This document shows, piece by piece, positions 13,394 through 26,867 of a DNA stretch of 64,000 nucleotides; within the stretch, counting starts at the first letter, position 1; each line of letters starts with the position of its first letter. A program made the position numbers and the translations under genes. The notes under the pieces are model-generated. The model was not told where the DNA came from. It was given only the letters and a program-made list of their open reading frames with translations, and ran no database searches. The DNA is from Squalus acanthias (lineage: Eukaryota), in the NCBI GenBank assembly GCA_030390025.1, contig CM059429.1:32736001-32800000 (forward strand). The letters are read 5' to 3'.

Positions 13394-16300
13394 ACTAATG
13401 GGAGTACTGTCTGAGAGTAGCAACTTGAATTGGAAATTTGGTGATTACAAAGGGGAGAAAAATAAAAATAATTAATTCACAAATGACCAATAGAGTCAAT
13501 TTTAATAAACTGAAAATGCAATTCTCATCTTCACCTTTATAACATTTTCCAAATGTCAAATATTGGAAAATGCACCAAATAAAATGCTGGAAATCTAAAT
13601 TTTCTTTGAGGAGGTGGGCATTTCCCCAGATCCTTCTAGAGAGCTGGAAAATAAATATTGTGGCTTCAACACGTGTATCCTGTTAAGACTTCCAAATACT
13701 ACAATACAAAGTGAATCAAGGAATGTTAGGTATACCTACAGCTTAAGTTACAAATCTGTGCCCCTCTGCACTTTCAGTATAATTACTTGTTGTCACATGT
13801 CATAGGTTTATATTCGGGGTCATTTTTGAGTTGACAGCTCTTTAGGGCTGTGAATGCTTTTTTGGAGCTGTTGGTCAGCTTTTGCAGTTTCTGAAGTTAT
13901 CATGTATGGTTATAGCTTTACAAATATATAGATTAATTTATTTGGGAAGGCAAAGGTAAAGGATTGAACTAAATTAATTCTGGAAAAAGTATAGGGACTC
14001 TTAATATCTTCCCCCTTTCAGTTCAGAAGCATTATGGATGGGGCAAGTGATTTCTCACCATATGGCATCCATGACAAATTCTGTTGTTTTCTGTACTTTC
14101 TCTATGTAGCTTGAATTTTCTCCTGGCACAATTTAATGAAAAAATCCCAAAGTTCGTGGAAATGGCACTTTATGGCTCCAATTGCCACTAAGACTGCTCT
14201 CATCATTGATCTTTGGTCACCAGCTGGCACATGACTCATTATATACACATTCCCTGCACATACCTGCTGAATTAAATATCAGGTTTTCATATTGCCACCT
14301 ACAACTAATCTGGCCACTAACATTTAATTGGCTGTAGACCCTAGACAATGGGCATAGTAAATCAAGGGATGTAATTTAACAAGGAAAGTTATACATGATC
14401 ATCTCTGGCCTTGGCATTTAAGAAAAGAATAGCACATAAGCACCACTGCCATCACCAAGTATACAGGCATGGCTTGACATTTTATTTAAGCATGCTAGCA
14501 CTGAAAATATCACTTAAGCTGTGAATGAAAGCTAACTTATGTATAAAGAAAATGAAGCTAGTATGGGAGCTAGTAAGAAAAGGTCAGGTCACTTGTATTG
14601 GAATAATAAAAGATTGGTTGCATTCAACAGACCTCAAGTATAGGGGCTGTAAGTGTGAATTACTGGGAAAAGCAAAATAAGAATAGAACGGAATTCAGGA
14701 ATGGAGAGTCAATATATTAGAAGTTAAATGAAGAGCACACTCATTTTAGACATTTTAATTAAACATAAGCATTACTAATAACATAAGTAATTGTGAAGAT
14801 GAGACTTGCATTGGTACATTCAAATCAAATTTCAAATGATGAAAGTAATCTGCTGGACTCTTCAAAAAAACAAGTCGTTAATGATTTTGCCTGTGAAGAA
14901 ATAGGGGTGCGTATAATGCATCGATTTGATTATCGACAGGTTGCTAAAAATTATTAACCCTTTCAAATAAAAAATGAATCTTTATATAAAATCCCTTTGG
15001 ATGGAAATTCTGCCACATACCCAAAGGAAAAATTGGTATGGCTTGTATAAGAGAAACACAATATTTTTTGCTCAATTTTGGTGAATCAGACAAAGCTTGA
15101 GCATAAATAAGGTTGTACTAATTTACTAGCAATTTTCTAAATATGTCATATTAGCAATTATGTAACTGCAACAGTAATATATAGAGCGTGGAAACGTGTC
15201 CATATAGTAACCTGTATTAGTCATACTTAACTGGACAGCACAAAGTGGCCTAACACAACAAAAATGCTATGTTCAAGATGCCTTGTATTATTTTACCATA
15301 GTTATAAAATATTAGAGTCATCATTTTAATGTGTGATAGACGTATTACATTACTGCTGGGTGGAAGTTTGTTTGGCACTTCAAGGAAGGGTAGACTGCAG
15401 AAATAATGCATTAAATAAACAAGAATATAAAATTAACAAATGGAATTATGCACAGAGTATCTTCCAATATAGAAAACAATGATTTACTAAAGAAAATCTC
15501 AGAAGTTTCTTAAAATTACACAACTTGGTATATTTTTCATAGTTTTATCAAAGCTACTTATTTAGGACACAACAGAATAAAACCTAAGTGTCAGTTTTTT
15601 TACCTACACATCTTAAATCCAATGAAATGTTAGTCCAACGTACTGAATCCTATTATTACAGAAACTAAGATTTATCTAATACAACAGGTTTTCAGGTCAC
15701 GCCATCACTCAAAGTATTGCTCACTGAAACCATTGTATAAATGTTCTTTGATTTGCGATGTAGCTAGAAGAAATGATGGAAAATATAAATAGGTGAAAGT
15801 CCGATTATATTGGGCAAGCAACCTCCACAAGTGAGAGTTAGCATAATCACAGGCACCAAAAGGAATAATGCATGAACACGTGAGACAACTCAAAACCTTG
15901 GATAAAACGTCAATGAATGAGAGTTACACAAGGCCAAAAAATAACTTTTCTGCATGCCACTGCAGGCAAGACTGTAACATAGTCCAGCACCCATGAAAAT
16001 GAACCATATTGGAACCATCCAAAATTGTCTGTACCACCACAAAATGATAAACTATGCACTGAGCATGAAAGACACAAGAGAGTACAAACAGCAACTTGAA
16101 TAAACATGGTTCCCATTTATTTATAAAGCAAAGAAAGTCAAGTTTGTAGCATATACCGCCCTACATGCTTGTACCTGAAAAAAGTTTGGAAAAACAGATA
16201 TTTTTAAATGTTAATTTGTCTCAGTTTATATTAAATTAAAAATAACTTTATAAAGAGTTAAGCAACACTAATATGGCTCCTTATATTTGTGTCTTAATAT

Positions 16301-16749
16301 TCATACTTGAATTAATACTTTGAGTTCTCTCTCTCTCATTTGAAAGCCATACAAAAAGTGTTAGACAGCAGATTTGGATTACCTGTTACAGAAGAAGACC
16401 TAAGCACTACATGGTATGTGCGAGGTTGTAGCATATCAGAAAATTCACAATGAGAAACTGTCGAATTTCATCTTGTATCGAAATTAATTTTTATTTCAAC
16501 TAATTGAAAAACATTTCTAGTTTCAAAGACATTGGGCTAGATCTACTTCAGTTGGATTGTTTTGATGATTTTAAACATTTCTATTTTCGTGAGTTCTTGT
16601 GTGTCCTTATTATACTAGTTTTTAGTCCACTACCAAGTATTAGAAGCCTGCCTGTCCCCTGTGTTAATTGTTCTGTTTGTACTTCTGCTTCCTTCCTCTT
16701 GTTAATGGGAGCTTAGCGTAAAGGGCAGTGAGGTAGAACATGGTCATGA

Positions 16750-17400
16750 TGCAAAAACCAGCCAAGAAAATACTTCCTTAATTATTCAGTAGCCTTGCTC
16801 AGTTCTTCTTGTCTTCTTCTCAAGTCAATTATGTGAGCTTGATTAACTGCAGTTGTAAGGATAGGGCCATTGTTTCATTTCAACCACATCCAGGTGCTGG
16901 CAGACAATAGTTCTGTCCCATCAACTTCTTTATTTCACATACACCTCTTCAACACTTAATTGCTTCTTCAGCAGCTACACCACAACGGCAGATTTTTTTC
17001 ACAACTTGACCTTTTGCCATAACCTTTTTTAGTGCTGTTCCCTGAAGAACACGTGGCAGAAGCATCACAGCAAACACTTTACATTTGCACTTGTCACTAA
17101 ACATTTTCACTGCTATAGAACATGATCCAGACGAAGCATCTGCGACCACAAAGTGTAATTCAGCTGGAGTGCGATTCAGGTTTTTTGCCATAAATAAACA
17201 ATTAGCCTTTTTCATAATGTCTTGTTTAAAAGACATTTCCTTGATAACACATTTTACAGCTGGTGTATGTTTATATTATGAAATTATTTCAGTTTATTTA
17301 ACTCCCAAATTAACTGTCTTTAATTGGAGATACATTTATTAACTTTTTTAAAGGCACTGTAAGTGTTAAATTTTCTTTGCTCTCCTTTTACCTCCAAGTT
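16750..17400 (-). pseudogene. Possible ancient hAT transposase relic
   Basis: Minus frame LQLKTVNLGVK*...HTPA...LHFVVADASS...KVFAVMLL...ALKKVMAKGQVVKKI follows the hAT motif order (HT, TDN, CxxH, K-I-V) but is very diverged. Confidence 0.3.
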
Positions 17401-20400
17401 TCTGCCAACCTGACCTTAATTAATACAACACTTGCTGGAAACGGGAGCAAGGTTCGCTCTCAGACCCAGGCCTCCCCCTGAGCCTCTTGCAGTAATGAGA
17501 GTGTGTAGCATCATTATTCCCAGCTGAGGGGAAGGGTCACTGGGAATGGATTTACAGGACTCTGATTGAGAGCTCCTCCATGCTGAGAGTAGCTGGCCTG
17601 CACCCGGACACCTGGTCATTAACATTGCTAATTACCAGCCATTAATCAGGGCCCTCGGTTTTTTGTGTGTCACCAACCCAGAGGACCGCTTGAATAAGAA
17701 GATTGTTCCCTACCTCCACAAGAGGTGGAATAAAGAAGTTCCCATCAACTCAGGATGAGATGGATTAAGGAAAGGTTAGACAACAGTTTGAGATGAGCAG
17801 AAAGGACCTGAACTGCTTTCTAAGGGCAAATTAATCACCTATAATTAAAGAAATCTCTAACTAAATTTAGCTCACTGTCTCAGTTTCTGTAGTGATAAGT
17901 AAACAGTCTAATCAAGACTTTATGACCCATTTCTCTCCACGGGTAAAGTAATCTCAACCATTATCTGAGAAAATTAAGCCAGCTCATTAAAATATCTTTA
18001 TTTTGTAACCAATGATAGGGGAAGATTTCCTGCGTATGCTACATTTAATGGAATCGTAAAGCTGTTTATAAAGAATGCATTTATGATTTTGCTATACATA
18101 GTATTGAGGAAACCTTCTGCCAGTGTATTTTTTTGTTACTATTTACTCCTGGTTTGACAATTTTCGGGCAGGTTGCATTTTTTCTGTTTATCCATCACAA
18201 CATGTAGGTTTGATCTCTGCTGTTATTTGAACCTAAATTGATTTTCTAACGTTTGGATTGAACTGATACATCTTCTAAAATGCTAGTGAATTGTACACCG
18301 TTTGCTGGTACACTTTGCAACATAAACGCAGGCAGGATACACCAAGTCTTCCACAAATACTGTTTGCGGAGAGTTGTTTGAAGTGAAAGGAATCAAAAAT
18401 ATTCCTGTCAATGTAACATTTTATTCTGAAATCTACAAAATGTTGAATATAATGTGGTAATATGTCATAGTTTAATGCAACCATATATGAACACCAAAGC
18501 TATGTATTTTTATATTATAAATTAATTCAAGATTTATGAAATGCTTTATTTTCTGTTGTCTTCACTGTCATTTCAAGTATGGTATGGAAATAAGAAATTG
18601 TAGATTTCAACCCAAAATAATCTCCCAGAAAATTAGTGTAAAGTTTATCAAATGCTCTTTTTCCGTGAGTCAACAGAACATTTAGGAAAATTTTCAATTC
18701 CTATCCAACTCTTTTTCTGATGCCAGGAGAAAGAATCCACAGTATAAATCAGCATAACTTAAATATATAGTTCACCGAGTGCTCTGGCAAATTCTCTAAC
18801 TTTAATGTGTTCTTTGTCACCATGGACAATTCTTTTGAATTTGTGACCACATTCCTGTTGAGACCATCAATTTTAGACTTCTGACCTGTTGACAATTACA
18901 CAAAATGTTGTAAAGAGTTTCTTGATGTAAAACTCGCAAGTCTTGGTGACGTTCTTCATTCCATTTTTATTTCAACAATTGGCCATAAAAAACAGCAGCA
19001 AGAGAAATGATTTCATATGATTGTTGTGTTGCCTGGGAAAGTAGAATACTAAGAGAAATCATACAATGAACAGCTGAGGAGAAGTTGTGTTCTGGCATTG
19101 AAACATGCAAATAAAGCACATTCTTCAGTTTTCTCATGACGGATTGCTTCTGAAACTACTGTGCCAAGCTGCTAATATGCTAATGAGAGTGATGCATCAA
19201 TAAGCTGTGTCAGCCCCAGAGGGTTCTGGAAGGACAGTGGATAGTTGGAGAAAAGGGGGAGGGGTGGGGTACAAAAAGCCATTCGTACTTAGTCCAAAGC
19301 CAAACAGGTAGCCTTCATCTCCACAGTTAATTGTCCATGGAACAAGCAGCGCACCGAAAATAAGATGAACTACATGAACAATAATCTTCACAGCCTGCAC
19401 AGCCTACGCTCCATCTCTCAAACCACAGTGGATGAGGCTGCTACTGCTATGAAAAGCTCCTAGAACGACACAAAATTCCACATGCGTTATGTTCCAAGTG
19501 TCCTTGAGAAAACGGGACAAAAGTCTACTGACGCGATGCTGCCAGGCTACATGTAACTAATTAATATGGCTGGTCCCTATTTGCAGAAGGCCTTGTCATC
19601 CGCTAAAAAATAAAATAAGCCTGGCAGCCTGAAACTCTGCAATTAAAGTGTGAATTGCATGAGAGGATTACGTGAAGTGCTCTCGGCTGGGGAAGCCTAG
19701 ACGCTTCTGTTTGAGTACCACAAGCAGCTGCTTATAGGCTTTGCACCTGCCGGGTACCAGGCAGTCTTCACCTTTAAGTCCAGAAAGGCCAGGCCTGTTC
19801 ACTATACAAAACAAGATTTTTATTTTATATTTTTTTTTAAAAAGGAGAAAAACTTTTTTTTAACAAAAAGTCAATCGGTAAAAGAAGCTTCTAAATCGTA
19901 TTTTAATGGTCAGGAGCTGCCATATTCATATTTGAATGTAATTCAGATGGTTATTGTTTTGGCAGAGTTACAATGTAAATGATTTTCAGTGAAAAGAAAG
20001 AAGTCTTTACAGTTTCTTTCCCATAAGCCCTGCAAATCAGCATGCTCTGCTTGTACGTGCAGTGTATTACAATTATGCACAAAAAATGAGACTGTTTTCG
20101 TGAGGTTTTTTCACTAGGATTACAATCAAATCTGAACTGAATGTGTTTTCTTCTTTCCTCAAAGGACTCTGTTCAACACCAGAACTCTGGATAGCTCAAA
20201 TAATCAGATTTTAGACAGAAGAGCTTGTGCACAACAACCCACTAATTCAACAGAAAGTGTTTTATGGGTTTTCTGTGACACCAAAAATAGGCATTATTGC
20301 AAAACCAGGAGGTTAGCCAATGATACCAGTTATAACTTAAAAGTGCCTCGCAATTAAACTCTGTCTGAACATTGCAAACGTGTACACAGTGCCACTCAAA

Positions 20401-21211
20401 CACAGCACCTTCAAAAGATTTAATGAATCTATAAAAGGAATGAGGCAGAAAAACATTAAGACTTTAAAGATTAGTGGGCTGCACAACTTTGTATCCAAAT
20501 AAGTCTAATTGGAAGCACAATACCTTTACTCCGATTCTTTGGTGTGCTTAACTCAGGCCCTCATGCAAATGATAGCTTTGTAATAAAGCTACCGTGCAAT
20601 TCACTGAATACAGCTTTTGCACTAGACCATTGGAAAATGATTCTGAGGCAGAATGGGGATTTGTTTATAGATAACTTTTATAAGACCAATGAAAAGAAAA
20701 TGAAGGTGATTGGACTGTTGTAGTAAAACTTTACATTCCTAGAAATAGTTAAGTACATGTTGTGCCTGTTCCTGTACCTATATATGAAGATTTTTCTCCC
20801 CTTCTATAAAGCAAGCAGTTTTCTACATTAAAGATGCTACATAAACGTAGGTATCTGTTGTTTGCCTAAATTTGTAAGTCTGTTTGAAATAAACACAAGG
20901 ATTTTTCTTTAAAAATAAAAAAATTTTGAGGACTATCTTAACATCTTGGCCGCATATTAAAATGTATCAAGTTTTGATTTCTGATTTCGTTCAAAGGATT
21001 CTGCAAATATGGAAAAGCTTGATATTTGCACAATTTTTCTTAAACCTAGTTTGCACTATATGACATTTAAAATCTACAGAATATTACATTGGTAGATGTT
21101 ACAAGGCAATTGCAGGGGTATTTTGAAATTTACTAAGAAGATTGTGTGCTTGAAAGAATCATTTAATATTAGAGCAGGAAGGATGGCTTTTGAAAAACCA
21201 TTTAGACATTA

Positions 21212-21780
21212 GTGGCTGGATTTCCCTCTTCTATACCACCCCAACCTCCAATTTCCATCCTCCGCCAAGGCTGAGAAGACCTCCGCCCACCCTTTCACTG
21301 CCTCGCCGGAGGTAAATAATGATGGGGAGGTAGGATCCTGCAGCCCACTCCATTTCCCTACTTACCGCCACTGATGTTGTTAACCCCAGGGACTATCAAG
21401 AGGAGAATGGCAGTAAGCCCTAGTGCAGCAGCAGCAAGTACCCTCATTGATTAATTGGAGGGAGAGGGAGTAGAGGCCCTAGTCGCTCACATCTTGAAAG
21501 CCACAGTCAGCCCGAGAACTTGAATGAAAAATTTCATGCACACTTCAGTGTATTTCTGCCCTATTTAAATGGGCTCCCTCCTCTTCTGGAGCTACGTCTC
21601 CTCCTTTCAGTTGTAGCAAGCTCCCTGTTGGTGCTGCAGATTCCACCAGAAGCCTGCCCAACATAAGTAATGGGGCCCAAGGATGAAACTGGGCTGGGAT
21701 CACAGCGGAGTCAGGGCAGTGGGTGGAAGTCCCGCCACTACCCTACTGCGGTAGGATTAGGATCATTAGGATGGCCTTGC
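21212..21780. mobile_element. Degenerate GC-rich MITE-like element
   Basis: GC-rich island starting GGCTGGATTT, the complement of the TIR end at 43691-43704. Partner TIR not found. Confidence 0.35.
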
Positions 21781-22104
21781 CATTGAGTGACTCCCATGCA
21801 GCACAAGACCCTGTGAGCAAGGTCTCAGCAAACTGATCTGGATCAACCATCCTGGTTTTTTGGACTGCAGTTAATCGTGCAAATCATGATTTTCAGTCAG
21901 TCCTGAAGCAAATAAATCATTAACCGTATCCTTACAACAAGTGTACTTTTTTTTTTAAAAGTGAAGGGAAAAGAACTTGCTGCTTTTCTGTAAAAAAATA
22001 ATAATCTGAAGTCAGTCAGCTTTTTCCATGAGGTGCCAGTATTCACTTGGTCAGGTTTGATTAACATGAAGTTTAAGTTCTGTTGATAATTTAGTTGATA
22101 AATA

Positions 22105-22375
22105 ATGTGGTGCTGAGCATTCAGACCATGAGGTCAGGGGTTCAATTTTGTGCTGTGACAGTTGTTGCACCACATTTGGGCTCAGAGATCCTGAGCTAGG
22201 CCAGGGGAGAAAATTAGATAGGGTTCCCCCAATTGTGACCCCCTGTGTATGGAGATGTTGAGTGAGGACAGGATTGAGTTCAGCTGTGATTCCCTGCTGA
22301 CCTGCAGTCCATCCAAGTGCCTATTCTTCATGTGTGAGCTTAGATAGTATGAAGGAAGCCACTGTGCAGGGAACC
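22105..22375 (+). mobile_element. tRNA-derived SINE (family B), old copy
   Basis: GGTTCAAT B-box-like head. Shares body blocks (GGGGAGAAAA..., GAGGACAGGATTGAGTTCAGCTGTGAT) with copies at 40625, 47625 and 53240. Confidence 0.55.
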
Positions 22376-22919
22376 ATACCCGCAAGAAAAAAGGGAGGAA
22401 AATGTGGCGCAGGTGGTTGGGGGGAATGAGGGAGAAGTCTTAATTTCATTGCCTAATAATGTTCCAATGTATCCCAGCATGACAAAAAGTCCCTTGTAGT
22501 TTAGTATGTTTGGGGCATAAAAATAAGAGCCCAGCAATGTTAGCGCAAGATTTTTGGCTATCTTAAGGCAACCAGAATTTTTGAGAAAATAATGTGTATA
22601 TACTATTGATTTAAAATCTTGAAATAGGCTGCGTAAGAGCCATTAAAATCAATCATAACTCTGCGCAATTAGACTTCATCAACAAGAAAATTTGCAGCTT
22701 AAAGGTTATATAATTTAAAGGTATAGCTGAACAATACAAAGTCATTTGACAATCGGAATGATTCCCTGATTCTAGTAAAATCATTTAGTTAGATCCGGAC
22801 ACTGTTCTGTAACCTGGGGTCTGATTTAATACCTCTTTATACAGACCTACACATCAAAAGAAGTGTGTTCTTCAAATAATTTTTGTTCTAGTTGTACCAA
22901 TGATACACAGATATATTCA

Positions 22920-23021
22920 GAACAGGGGAGTGGGACTAATTGGCTAGCTCTCGCAAAGAGCTGGCACATGCATGATGGGCCAAATGGCCTCCTTCTGTAC
23001 CATATGATTCTGTGATTCTAT
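22920..23021 (+). mobile_element. CR1 LINE 3' end
   Basis: GATGGGCCAAATGGCCTCCTTCTGT followed by a (GATTCTRT)n-type tail. Confidence 0.75.
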
Positions 23022-23635
23022 CTGTGTTTGACAACTTATAAGTTTTATAGCTTATGAACTCCTAAACATAGTATTCATCCAATAACTTAAAATGGGTTTT
23101 TTTCAGTTTACTTCTTGTCTTTATCATGTTTAAACCAGTTAGATAATCCCAATTATGACAGTTATAATCGTGGACATGAGCCAACACATTACATAAGTTC
23201 TGACATAGGAAATCCAATTCTAGGCTGTGCCCAATGTTTTATCTAAAAATAGCGTTGATTGTTTTTATCACTGGTGGTCTAGGGAGAGTATCTTATCAGT
23301 CTGTTGGTAAGTATCTGGTCCTTGCCCATCTGTTTTCTGTTGGTCTAGAAAAGTCTAGTTTACTACCTTATATTATCAGGATCGGTTTTCCACTTTATTC
23401 CATGGTCTATGTGGTCCAAGCAGAACACTGAAGACATTTTTAATTGCTTACTGAATCTGGAAAATAGAAATTAAATGTTTTGGTAATATCACCAGACATC
23501 TAGTAAGATAAAGCATGGAATCAGAAAAAGTTGTTAGGCCTATCAACTCTGGTCCTTCCACAGACCATGTACATTCTACTCAGCCATGGATTTTACACAA
23601 GCCATTTAATTCCCTGAGGGAAAGTTCTGGTTTTT

Positions 23636-24457
23636 TTAATTCATTCCTGAGATGCGGCCGTCACTGGCAAGGCCAGCATTTATTGCCCATCCCTAACTGC
23701 CCTTGAGAAGCTGGTGGTGAGCTGCCTTCTTGAACTGCTGCAGTCCTTGTGGTGAAGGTACTCCCATAGTGCTGTTAGGGAGGGAGTTAAAGGATTTTGA
23801 CCCAGCGACGATGAAGGAACGGCGATATATTTCCAAATCAGGATGGTGTGTGACTTGGAGGGGAACTTGGAGGTGGTGGTGTTCCCATGCGCCTGCTGCC
23901 CTTGTCCTTCTAGGTCGTAGAGGTCACGAGTTTGGGAGGTGCTGCCGAAGAAGCCTTGGTGAGTTGCTGAAGTGTATCTTTTAGATGGTACACACTGCAG
24001 CCACGGTGCACTGGTGGTGGAGGGGGTGAATGTTTAAGATGGTGGATAGGGTACCAATCAAACGGCTGCTTTGTTCTGGATGGCGTCGAGCTTCTTGAGT
24101 GTTGTTGGAGCTGCATTCATCCAGGCAAGTGGAGAGTATTCCATCAGACTCCTGACTTGTGCCTTGCAGATGGTGGAAAGGCTTTGGGGAGTCAGGAGGT
24201 GAGTTACGCGCCGCAGAACATCCAGCCTCTGACCTGCTCTTGTAGCCACAGTATTTATGTGGCTGATCCAGTTAAGTTTCTGATCCAGTTAAGTTTCTGG
24301 TCATTGCTGACCCCAGGATGTTGATGGTGGGGGATTCAGCGACGGTAATGCTGTTGAATGTCAAGGGGCAGTGCTTAGACTCTCTCTTGTTGGAGATAGT
24401 CATTGCCTGGTACTTATGTGACGCGAATGTTACTTGCCACTTATCAGCCCAAGCCTG
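23636..24457 (-). mobile_element. CR1/L2-group LINE 3' portion (RT C-terminus plus 3' UTR)
   Basis: Minus ORF ATRAGQRLDVLRRVTHLLTPQSLSTICKAQVRSLMEYSPLAW...LDAIQNKA matches the non-LTR RT C-terminal region. Several frameshifts and a 17-bp internal duplication at about 24263-24298. Confidence 0.85.
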
Positions 24458-24508
24458 TGTCGTTTAATACTTGATGAGAATCATACTTAGCTCTATATCT
24501 TCAATACA

Positions 24509-24644
24509 ATAGCAAAATACTGCAGATGCTGGAAATCTGAAATAACAACAGAAAATGCTGGAAACACTCAGCAGGCCAGGCAGCATCCGTGGAGAGAGAA
24601 ACAGAGTTAACGTTTCAGGTCTGTGACCCTTCGTCAGAACTGGG
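24509..24644 (-). mobile_element. Penelope-like element 3' terminus (family 1), 5'-truncated
   Basis: Near-identical to 34071-34202 and 24921-25044. Imperfect flanking duplication CTTCAAT. Confidence 0.75.
24605..24641 (-). ncRNA. Minimal type I hammerhead ribozyme motif
   Basis: AGUU-CUGACGA-A-GGGUC(ACA)GACCU-GAAA-CG-UU-AACU. Core boxes, helix I (AGUU/AACU), helix II and a palindromic helix III are present. Activity untested. Confidence 0.75.
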
Positions 24645-24920
24645 CTTCAATTCCATTCCTAATCAGATCTTTGTCCAGCTTTATTTTCAACTCATCTCAA
24701 AGTTAAAAGCAGGTTATGGTTAGCCTAATATATGGAGATTTTTTATCATATCATAATAACAGCACTTTTAGTGTGTTTTTCACTGAATTTTTTAATTCAT
24801 ATTTTTGTACTTTTTAGCCCAAGAAATATATGGGAAGCTGTTATTATCAGGGCATCGATAAATTATTGAATTTTTAAAAAATCACTGGTATGTCTCAGTA
24901 TCAAACATGTATCTGTCTCG

Positions 24921-25044
24921 ATAGCAAAATACTGCGGATGCTGGAAATCCGAAATAACAACAGAAAACGCTGGAAAAACTCAGCAGGCCAGGCAGCATCC
25001 GTGGAGAAAGAAAGAGAGTTAACGTTTCAGGTCGATGACCTTTC
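24921..25044 (-). mobile_element. Penelope-like element 3' terminus (family 1) with 12-bp TSD
   Basis: GTATCTGTCTCG at 24909-24920 and 25045-25056. Truncated inside the hammerhead CUGACGA box. Confidence 0.8.
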
Positions 25045-25652
25045 GTATCTGTCTCGCTCTTCTGCTCTATTGAGTGTTTCTTTCAATGAGATTTGGATCA
25101 TCCATGTGGCACCAGCAATATACAGACAAAAATCCAACTTCCATACTAATAATTGTAAGTAACTTTGGAAAACAATACAAAGTCAAAATATATTGAGGTG
25201 TGTTGTATTTATTTTGGAAAAGAACTCAAAAGAGTAGGTAATCACAATTGTTATTTTGGGAATCTGCCACTGACTGACGGTATATTTACTTCTTACAAGA
25301 TTTCTAAAGTTTCTAATGCAATTCTCCCCATCAGCATCTTGCCAGCCTGAAAATGTGCTTTTGTCACATCATTTAAGTAGGCTTCTGATTGGTCTGGTAT
25401 AACAATACTTGACTGTGAAATATCTGCAGATCTTTTGGGGGAAAAATAGTTTCCGAATTCCCCAAAATATTACTCAGTGCTTCAGCAAGTGGCATGGGAC
25501 CGAGTACAAGCCACTATTCATTTAGACTTTGAAACCCGGGTGTTGCAAACCAGCTTAAAAATAGTAACCCCCTCCCTCCCCTGCTGGGAGTTTTCTTTTA
25601 ACAATCTGCTCTGCTTTTCTTGCCACAAAGCCTACAAGAGACAGGAAATAAT

Positions 25653-25728
25653 TCACGTGATTTGCCTTCACAAATAGTGTGGAGTTGAAACTTGGGGCTA
25701 GAGAGGTCATTTGAAAAAGGTCACGTGA
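25653..25728. promoter_or_regulatory. Candidate cis-regulatory motif cluster (2x TCACGTGA, AGGTCA DR8)
   Basis: TCACGTGA at 25653-25660 and 25721-25728. AGGTCA at 25704-25709 and 25718-25723. Motifs only. Confidence 0.3.
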
Positions 25729-26090
25729 TTAGCATTTGTAAGTAAGCTTTCTCTCACAGCCCACTGACACCTCTGGACGACATTGAATTACTAAGAGATT
25801 ATTTTCAGTATGCATTTGAGAGTTCTAGCTGTTCTATGAATTTGGGTTGCATATTTTGTCTGAATGTTGACTGAATAAATTGAAGACACCCATCATACAA
25901 AATATTAAAAGTTTCCCGAAGAATTGTAACAATGTCCCTGTTAAATAAAAATGACTGACTGTGGTCGGCATGGTGACACAGCACATTGGAACTCCAAATG
26001 GTAGAATGCAGGTTTGAACCACAGTTCTTCACACAGTGAATTTCCAATCCTAAACATCCAATGAAGGTTCCTAGCAAAGAGTAACTTATC

Positions 26091-26357
26091 AACAACAACA
26101 ACATGCATTTATATTGTGCTTTTAATGTAGTAAAACTTCCCAAGCACTTGACAGGAATGTTAACAAACAAAATTTGACACCGAGCCACATAAGGAGATAT
26201 TAGGACAGGTACCAAAAGCTTGGCCGAAATGGTGGGTTTTAAGGAGCATCTTAAAGGAGGAGAGGAGGTTTAGGGAGAGAATTCCAGAGTTTAAGACCTA
26301 GGCAGCTAATGGCACGACCGGCAATAGTGGAGCGATTAAAATCAGAGATGTGCAAGG
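26091..26357 (-). mobile_element. L2 LINE 3' end
   Basis: (CAA)n tail on the plus strand; closely matches 60001-60290. Confidence 0.85.
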
Positions 26358-26867
26358 AATCTTATCCACAGGAAAGAAAGGAAAATAGGAGGAAGGCTAC
26401 ACTCGCATACTTCTTTTTGGCTGAATTACAGATCAGCATTGGCAGAGGGTCATTGGAACAGGTTAACTCACAGGACTAGGGGACACCTGAAGCAGAAAAA
26501 GAAGATAATGAATATGACACTAAGCATAAACCAAACCTCATTAGTTCACAGCTATACCAACATTTTGAGGATAGAGCTCTGCATTTGGTGTTGCTGTATA
26601 TCCCTATAATTGAGGGTGGGGGGGAAACTCAAAACGGGAAGTCACCGTTCCATCACAAAAGTCCCTCATGTCTCATCAAAAGCAGAGTTCCAGAGGCCTG
26701 AATCCAAGGCAAGGATCAAAATAGAAATAATTGAAAATATATGCACATGTATTCTTTCTCTTCCTCTTGCTCTTACTCTCTCTCATACATACACACTCTC
26801 ACTTTCTCTTGCTCTCACTCTCTGTGAGAGAACAGATACTTGTTATTCCCCTGTAATCAATGTTATT

